Source: Verrucomicrobiales bacterium (GTDB lineage: Bacteria > Verrucomicrobiota > Verrucomicrobiia > Verrucomicrobiales > V1-33). Taken from it: a stretch of DNA of 64,000 nucleotides. The DNA is taken from the NCBI GenBank assembly GCA_031411295.1, contig JANOAV010000187.1, forward strand, positions 32,001 to 96,000. The letters run 5' to 3'. The notes under the pieces are model-generated. The model was not told the origin of the DNA, did not search any database, and worked only from the letters and a program-made list of their open reading frames with translations. Position numbers and translations under genes: made by a program. Below are positions 58,718-64,000 of this stretch, piece after piece (the first letter of the stretch is position 1; the number at the start of each line of letters is the position of its first letter).

Positions 58718-59110
58718 ATGAAGTCCACTCTACTCACACTCTCCGTTCTCGCCTCGTTGATCAGCTTTGGTGCTGCGCAAGATAAGGAAAAGAAAGGCAC
58801 GCCACCGCCCTACAACGCGGCCGAAGTCGTCAAGAAATTCGACAAGAACAGCGACAGTAAACTTTCCCTGGAAGAATACAGCGCCATGGCCAAATGGAAG
58901 AAAGAAAAGGATCCAGCCGCCGCTGCCAAGACCGCCTTTGAGAAAGAGGACCTCAACAAAGACGGCAATCTCGACGAGGCAGAAATCAAAGCTGGCCATG
59001 AAGCCCGCGCCAAGGCTCGCGAGTCCAAGAAAGATGAACCAAAGAAGGATGAAGCCAAGAAGGACGCCAAGCCTGCCGTTGAAGTGAAGCCAGCAGTCGA
59101 AGCGAAGTAG
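58718..59110 (+). CDS. Secreted EF-hand protein
   Basis: DKNSDSKLSLEE and DLNKDGNLDEAE. Confidence 0.85.
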   Translation: MKSTLLTLSVLASLISFGAAQDKEKKGTPPPYNAAEVVKKFDKNSDSKLSLEEYSAMAKWKKEKDPAAAAKTAFEKEDLNKDGNLDEAEIKAGHEARAKARESKKDEPKKDEAKKDAKPAVEVKPAVEAK

Positions 59111-59135
59111 TTCCGCGCTTTTCAGCAACTCTGCG

Positions 59136-59167
59136 CCAGCCAGTGACTCCACAGAGTCACTGGCTGG
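59136..59167. terminator. Hairpin between convergent genes (possibly bidirectional terminator)
   Basis: CCAGCCAGTGACTC-CACA-GAGTCACTGGCTGG, a 14-bp stem. Confidence 0.7.
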
Positions 59168-59189
59168 TTCGTTTCAGCGGGAAGGAAAA

Positions 59190-59492
59190 TCAGACGATCG
59201 GTTGGTGCACAGTGACCAACTTGGTGCCGTCGGGAAAGGTGGCTTCGACTTGGACTTCGTGGATCATTTCTGGGATGCCTTCCATGACGTCGGCACGACT
59301 TAGAAGTTTGGTGCCCAGGGTCATGAGGTCCGCCACCGATCTGCCATCGCGAGCGCCTTCGAGGATCTCGTAGGTGATGATGGCGATGGATTCGGGGTAG
59401 TTCAGCTTGACGCCACGCGCTTGGCGACGACGCGCGAGGTCGGCGGCTACGACGATGAGGAGCTTTTCTTGTTCTCGGGGAGTGAGATGCAT
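59190..59492 (-). CDS. ureA: Urease subunit gamma
   Basis: [12 protein letters not shown]...[17 protein letters not shown]. Confidence 0.96.
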   Translation of the reverse strand: MHLTPREQEKLLIVVAADLARRRQARGVKLNYPESIAIITYEILEGARDGRSVADLMTLGTKLLSRADVMEGIPEMIHEVQVEATFPDGTKLVTVHQPIV

Positions 59493-59495
59493 GAC

Positions 59496-60251
59496 TTAGA
59501 CGGAGAGGTGTTTGGTGATCGCTGGATCTTCCAGGATGCTGGCGTTACCCTCTGCGATGATGGTGCCGCGGTCCATGATATAAACGTAGTCGCTGATGGC
59601 AGCTACGAAATCGAGATATTGCTCGACCAACAAAATGCTGATGCCCATTTCCCGCTTCAACCGCAGGAGGGCATCTTCGATCAGGTCGATGATGCTGGGT
59701 TGAATGCCTTCGGTGGGCTCGTCGAGAATGAGCAGTTGAGGACACGTGAGGAGCGCACGGCCAATGGCCAACTGTTGTTGCTGCCCGCCGGACAGCACGC
59801 CGCCTTTGCGCTTGAGCATTTCTTTGAGCACCGGAAAGAGATCCAGCACGAAGGGCATGCGCTCTTTGGCTTTCTTGCCGTAGAGGGCCACGCAGATTTG
59901 CAGATTCTCCCCCACGGTCATGTTGGGGAAAATATCGCGCCCTTGCGGCACATAGCCCATGCCGGCCCGGGCCCGGGCTTCGGGGGCTTCCCGCTGCCAG
60001 GTTTTGCCGGCAAATTGAATTTCCCCAGCGCTCTGCGGCAGCAGGCCCATGATGGATTTCAGGGTCGTAGTTTTACCCACGCCGTTGCGTCCCATGAGGC
60101 TGACGAGCTTGCCTTCAGGCACCTCCAGATTGACATCCCGGAGGACGCTGGATTCGCCATAGCGTGCCCCCAGTTTGGCGAGGCGCAGGATGGTTCCAGT
60201 TCCGCAGGCGCTGGAGGTTGGGGGTGGTGGTTCAGTCACAAGGGCACTCAT
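59496..60251 (-). CDS. urtE: Urea ABC transporter ATP-binding subunit
   Basis: GRNGVGKT, YVPQGRDIF, LSGGQQQQ, DEPTEGIQP. Confidence 0.93.
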   Translation of the reverse strand: MSALVTEPPPPTSSACGTGTILRLAKLGARYGESSVLRDVNLEVPEGKLVSLMGRNGVGKTTTLKSIMGLLPQSAGEIQFAGKTWQREAPEARARAGMGYVPQGRDIFPNMTVGENLQICVALYGKKAKERMPFVLDLFPVLKEMLKRKGGVLSGGQQQQLAIGRALLTCPQLLILDEPTEGIQPSIIDLIEDALLRLKREMGISILLVEQYLDFVAAISDYVYIMDRGTIIAEGNASILEDPAITKHLSV

Positions 60252-61036
60252 GCGGCGGCGGTTTTCTTTTCACGTTTACGTCCCAGATAGACTGCGCGAA
60301 CTTCCTCGTCCTCGGAGACTTCCTCCAGCGAACCTTCGCGCATGACGTGTCCTTGCACTAACACGGTTACTTTCTGCCCCAAGCGGCGGATGAATTCCAT
60401 GTCGTGCTCGATGACGACGATGCTGTGTTTCCCCTTCAGGCTCAGGAGCAGTTCTGAAGTGCGTTCGGTCTCCGCGTCGCTCATGCCGGCTGCGGGTTCG
60501 TCCACCAGCAGCAATTTCGGATTCTGTGCCAGCAGCATGCCGATCTCCAACCACTGCTTTTTGCCATGGGAGAGGAAACCAGCTTTGGTATCGCGCTGCT
60601 CGCCTAACGAGACGGTTTTTAAAATTTCATCGATCCGGTCCCGATCATCGCTGGTGACGCGATAGGTAATGGTGCTCCAGAGTCCGCGGGGTCGGTCCAG
60701 CGAGATGAGCAGATTGTTCCAGACAGTAAGGTTCTCATAGACGGCTGGAGTTTGAAATTTCCGGCCGATTCCCAGGCGATTGATTTCGTGTTCGCGCAGG
60801 GTCGTGAGATCGATCTCAGAGGTCTCCGTGGGATAGTATTTCACGGTGCCGGTGTCTGGCTTGGTGCGGCCGGTCACGATGTCCATGAAGGTGGATTTCC
60901 CAGCGCCATTCGGTCCGATGACCGCACGCATTTCACCCTGTGCCAGATAGAAATTCAGGTCGTTGATCGCCTTGAATCCATCGAAGCTTTTAGAAACGGA
61001 CTCCAGCGAAAGAAGGATATTGGAGGTGAAGGACAT
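60248..61036 (-). CDS. urtD: Urea ABC transporter ATP-binding subunit
   Basis: GPNGAGKS, GIGRKFQTP, LSHGKKQWLEIGM. Confidence 0.93.
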   Translation of the reverse strand: MSFTSNILLSLESVSKSFDGFKAINDLNFYLAQGEMRAVIGPNGAGKSTFMDIVTGRTKPDTGTVKYYPTETSEIDLTTLREHEINRLGIGRKFQTPAVYENLTVWNNLLISLDRPRGLWSTITYRVTSDDRDRIDEILKTVSLGEQRDTKAGFLSHGKKQWLEIGMLLAQNPKLLLVDEPAAGMSDAETERTSELLLSLKGKHSIVVIEHDMEFIRRLGQKVTVLVQGHVMREGSLEEVSEDEEVRAVYLGRKREKKTAAA

Positions 61037-61037
61037 G

Positions 61038-62156
61038 TTATGGTGCAGGTGCGATCAGCGCAGACTTGCTGGCACGGAATTTGTTAAACTTCGCCCAGAG
61101 CGCGGACAATTGTTTCGGCAATCCCACCACGCCATTGGGCATGAAGAGCACCACGAAGATGAAGATGGCACCCGAAATGATGAGCCAATAATCTGGATAG
61201 TAGCGCGTGGTGTAACTCTTGAGCAGGTTCACCAAAATGGCTCCCATCACGGGTCCATAAAGCGTGCCCCGACCACCCACCGCCACCCACACCACGACGT
61301 CGAGCGACTTCGAGGTTTCCATTTCCCCAGGATTAATGATCCCCACCTGCGGCACATAGAAGGCCCCTGCGATGCCAGCCATGATCGCGCTCACGGTGAA
61401 CACGAAGAGTTTGTAGGAAGTGGTGGCATAGCCGGAAAAAAGCACACGATTCTCAGAGTCGCGCACCGCTTGCTGGATCATGCCGAATTTCGTTTTGGTG
61501 ATCCAAGCGATGAATCCAATACAGGCGGCCAGAAAGAGGACGCTGCCTTCGTAGAGGAGGATTTGCGTTGAGCGGGTGCGGATATCCATTCCGAGGATAA
61601 ATCGGAAGTCGGTAAAACCATTGTTGCCGCCCATGCCGAGATCGTTGCGGAAAAACAGCAGCGTGGCCGCGTAGGTTAGGGCCTGGCTCAGGATGGAAAA
61701 ATAAACCCCTTTGATCCGGGAACGAAAGGCCAGCCAACCAAAGATAAAGGCGACCAAGCCGGGCAGGATTAAGACCATGCCGCTGGAGAAAATAAAGCTG
61801 TAAAATGGCTGCCAGAAGCTGGGTAACTCTTGATAGCCGAGAAACACCATGAAGTCCGGTAGGTCGCTCTGATAGGATCCCAGCTTGCCGATGAGCAGCA
61901 TTAAATGCATGCCCATCATGTAACCCCCCAGCGCGAAGAACAGGCTCTGGCACAAACAGAGCAACCCGGTGTAACCCCAAAGCCAATTTAGGCTAACGGC
62001 CAGAGAAGCATAGCAAAGATACTTCCCCCAGATGCCCAACTGGAATGACGGTGACAGCGCGCTGAGGACCGGGATGCCGATCAGCAAAAAGAGCAAGACT
62101 CCAAACGCGATGCCGTGCTGCTTCAGGAGCGGAGCGATGCGACTGGAAGCACTCAT
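61038..62156 (-). CDS. urtC: Urea ABC transporter permease
   Basis: [33 protein letters not shown]. Confidence 0.92.
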   Translation of the reverse strand: MSASSRIAPLLKQHGIAFGVLLFLLIGIPVLSALSPSFQLGIWGKYLCYASLAVSLNWLWGYTGLLCLCQSLFFALGGYMMGMHLMLLIGKLGSYQSDLPDFMVFLGYQELPSFWQPFYSFIFSSGMVLILPGLVAFIFGWLAFRSRIKGVYFSILSQALTYAATLLFFRNDLGMGGNNGFTDFRFILGMDIRTRSTQILLYEGSVLFLAACIGFIAWITKTKFGMIQQAVRDSENRVLFSGYATTSYKLFVFTVSAIMAGIAGAFYVPQVGIINPGEMETSKSLDVVVWVAVGGRGTLYGPVMGAILVNLLKSYTTRYYPDYWLIISGAIFIFVVLFMPNGVVGLPKQLSALWAKFNKFRASKSALIAPAP

Positions 62157-62383
62157 GAAGGTGAATTTGCGTTTAGTTTCCGCCATACGGAACGCACGCT
62201 CCAGACCAGGGCCAGAGCCGCCAGCCACATCATGGCATGGGCTGGTTCCACCAACCAATGCGCGGGTTGATCTGGAGAGACTAGCAATTGGTGTCCCGGA
62301 TGGGCCCAGACACTGGAGGAGGAAATGATCAGGCTGAGCGCAGTGAGTAAGCGTCTGCGGTTACTGAGAGGTGATAATTTCAT
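62153..62383 (-). CDS. 76-aa membrane protein with signal peptide and AHPGH motif (HupE/UreJ-like N-terminus)
   Basis: Signal-like segment, then AHPGH, a further H..L..P.H, and one TM. Its stop overlaps the urtC start (ATGA). Confidence 0.65.
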   Translation of the reverse strand: MKLSPLSNRRRLLTALSLIISSSSVWAHPGHQLLVSPDQPAHWLVEPAHAMMWLAALALVWSVRSVWRKLNANSPS

Positions 62384-62411
62384 GAGAGTAATGGTGAATC
62401 GGAAATAGGTG

Positions 62412-64000
62412 CTAGCCGTCGAGACTGCGACTGCGGGAAGGGAACAGTCCGCCGGGTCTCCATTGTAAAAGCAGGATGATTGCCAGTAGGGTGGTTATTT
62501 TTCCCATCACTGGTCCGAGCAGGGGTTGCAGCAACTGATCCACCGTGCCGATCCCCAGTGCGGAAAGCGCGGCTCCGATGAGATTCCCCACGCCACCGAC
62601 CGTAACGATCATAAAGCTGTCCACGATGTAACTCTGGCCCATGCTGGGTCCCACATTTCCCAACTGGGAAAGAAACGCTCCCGCCAGCCCCGCCAAGCCA
62701 GATCCGAAGGCGAAGGTGAAGCCATTCATGCGACCGGTGCGGATACCCAAGGAGGCCGCCATCCGCCGATTCTGCATTACAGCCCGCAGTTGCAAGCCGA
62801 TGGATGTCTTCGCCATTACCAGCAGCGTGCCGCAGAGGATAGCCAATGCAAAACCAATCACAAACAAGCGATTCCATCCCAGCGTAACGCCCATGAGGTC
62901 GTAATTTCCTGCCAGCCAGGATGGCGAGGAAACTTGGACGTTAGCGGCACCAAATTTTAGCCGAAACGCCTGCTGTAAAATCATGGACAGGCCCCACGTG
63001 GCGAGCAGGGATTCCAAGGGGCGATGATACAAATGTCGCACGATGGACCATTCGATGAGCCATCCGACGAGGGCCGCAGCTAGGAAACATAGCGGTAACG
63101 AGACGAGGAAATAGTTGTCAAACCCACTGCCCGAACTGCCATAGTGGTTGATAAACCAAGTCTGGACGATGAAACAGGTGTAGCCGCCGATGGTAATGAA
63201 CTCGCCATGCGCCATGTTGATGACACCCATCAGACCAAAGGTAATGGCCAGACCAAGCGCGACGACCAATAGCACTGATCCCAAGCTCAATCCGCGAAAC
63301 AAGGTGGAGACACCTTCGACAAGTTTTTGCCGGGCACCGATTTTCCCCAGCGCCACGGTGGCCGCTTTGATGAGGGCGGCATCTTGTTCCTCAGTGGGTT
63401 TGGCGTTCTCGGCTTCCAGCAAAGCCGTGATTTGGTCACGCGCTTTAAGGGATTCCAGTTCGCCCAATTTTGTGATCGCTGCGACCTGTTCTGCTCCGGT
63501 GGTTAATCCAAGTTTGGCCAAGGCGATGCCCTCTTCAAAGCCTTCGCGAGCGGTCTTGGAGGTTTCTTTTGGGAGTAGCTCCTCCAGGACCTTCAATCCT
63601 TCTTCGTCCTGCTGCATTCCGATCTCCCGTGCCGCTTCCGCTCGGTTGCGGTCATTGGGATGCTTCAAGGCCAGCACGTTGTTTAACTTCACGAGTAACT
63701 TGCGGGAGGCTCGATCAGGATTTGAGGCACTGGCTTTGGCCAAATCGAACGAGATCGTTTTACCATCGCTCATTCTCACTGCGCTGGTATTGCCGCTGCC
63801 AGTCTGTCCGTTGTAGAGCACAGCTTCGGTGGAGCCATCCTCCATCGTGGCAATCCAAACTTCACCCCGCCGCCAGGTTTCCACTAGCACGGAATCTGTG
63901 TAGTCTGCTTCGAGGCCAAATTCATCCAGTAATTTCGTGCGCTCTTCCCCGCTGGCAAGAATGGCTTTGGCGAGGACGGCAGAGCCTTTGGAGGCTTCGA
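62412..64000 (-). CDS. urtB: Urea ABC transporter permease (5' end outside the window)
   Basis: GLAITFGLMGVINMAHGE, RPLESLLATWG. The frame is open to the window edge. Confidence 0.92.
   Translation of the reverse strand, partial: EASKGSAVLAKAILASGEERTKLLDEFGLEADYTDSVLVETWRRGEVWIATMEDGSTEAVLYNGQTGSGNTSAVRMSDGKTISFDLAKASASNPDRASRKLLVKLNNVLALKHPNDRNRAEAAREIGMQQDEEGLKVLEELLPKETSKTAREGFEEGIALAKLGLTTGAEQVAAITKLGELESLKARDQITALLEAENAKPTEEQDAALIKAATVALGKIGARQKLVEGVSTLFRGLSLGSVLLVVALGLAITFGLMGVINMAHGEFITIGGYTCFIVQTWFINHYGSSGSGFDNYFLVSLPLCFLAAALVGWLIEWSIVRHLYHRPLESLLATWGLSMILQQAFRLKFGAANVQVSSPSWLAGNYDLMGVTLGWNRLFVIGFALAILCGTLLVMAKTSIGLQLRAVMQNRRMAASLGIRTGRMNGFTFAFGSGLAGLAGAFLSQLGNVGPSMGQSYIVDSFMIVTVGGVGNLIGAALSALGIGTVDQLLQPLLGPVMGKITTLLAIILLLQWRPGGLFPSRSRSLDG

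Overview
Bacterial chromosomal window, most likely Verrucomicrobiota or another PVC-superphylum member (PEP-CTERM protein; DUF1553/DUF1501/DUF1592/DUF3500-type genes). All family calls are from motif recognition by eye, not database searches. The left half is accessory DNA. It holds an SGNH hydrolase, a PEP-CTERM protein, and an MTase+endonuclease cassette bracketed by a 117-bp duplication of the adjacent Lhr-like DEXH helicase gene. A tandem pair of GTAG-type REP doublets follows. Next is a ~24 kb co-oriented envelope locus (8583-32828), the best candidate for an undescribed system. It encodes a 1984-aa kinase-pseudokinase/coiled-coil transmembrane protein, a probable tandem double beta-barrel OMP and a 2291-aa Cys-rich lamin-tail-domain repeat protein. 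It also encodes a coiled-coil lipoprotein, an FHA-ABC-permease fusion, a membrane protein, a soluble/lipid-anchored paralog pair, a PPC-like protein and two paralogous micro-lipoproteins missed by the ORF track. A TraB/GumN gene lies antisense inside the locus. The right half is mostly housekeeping: nadC, purD, tilS, msrA, apaG, nuoE, mogA-like, VIT1, clpB, ThuA, and urtBCDE-ureA with a small AHPGH ORF inside. I found no CRISPR array, rRNA, tRNA or transposase.
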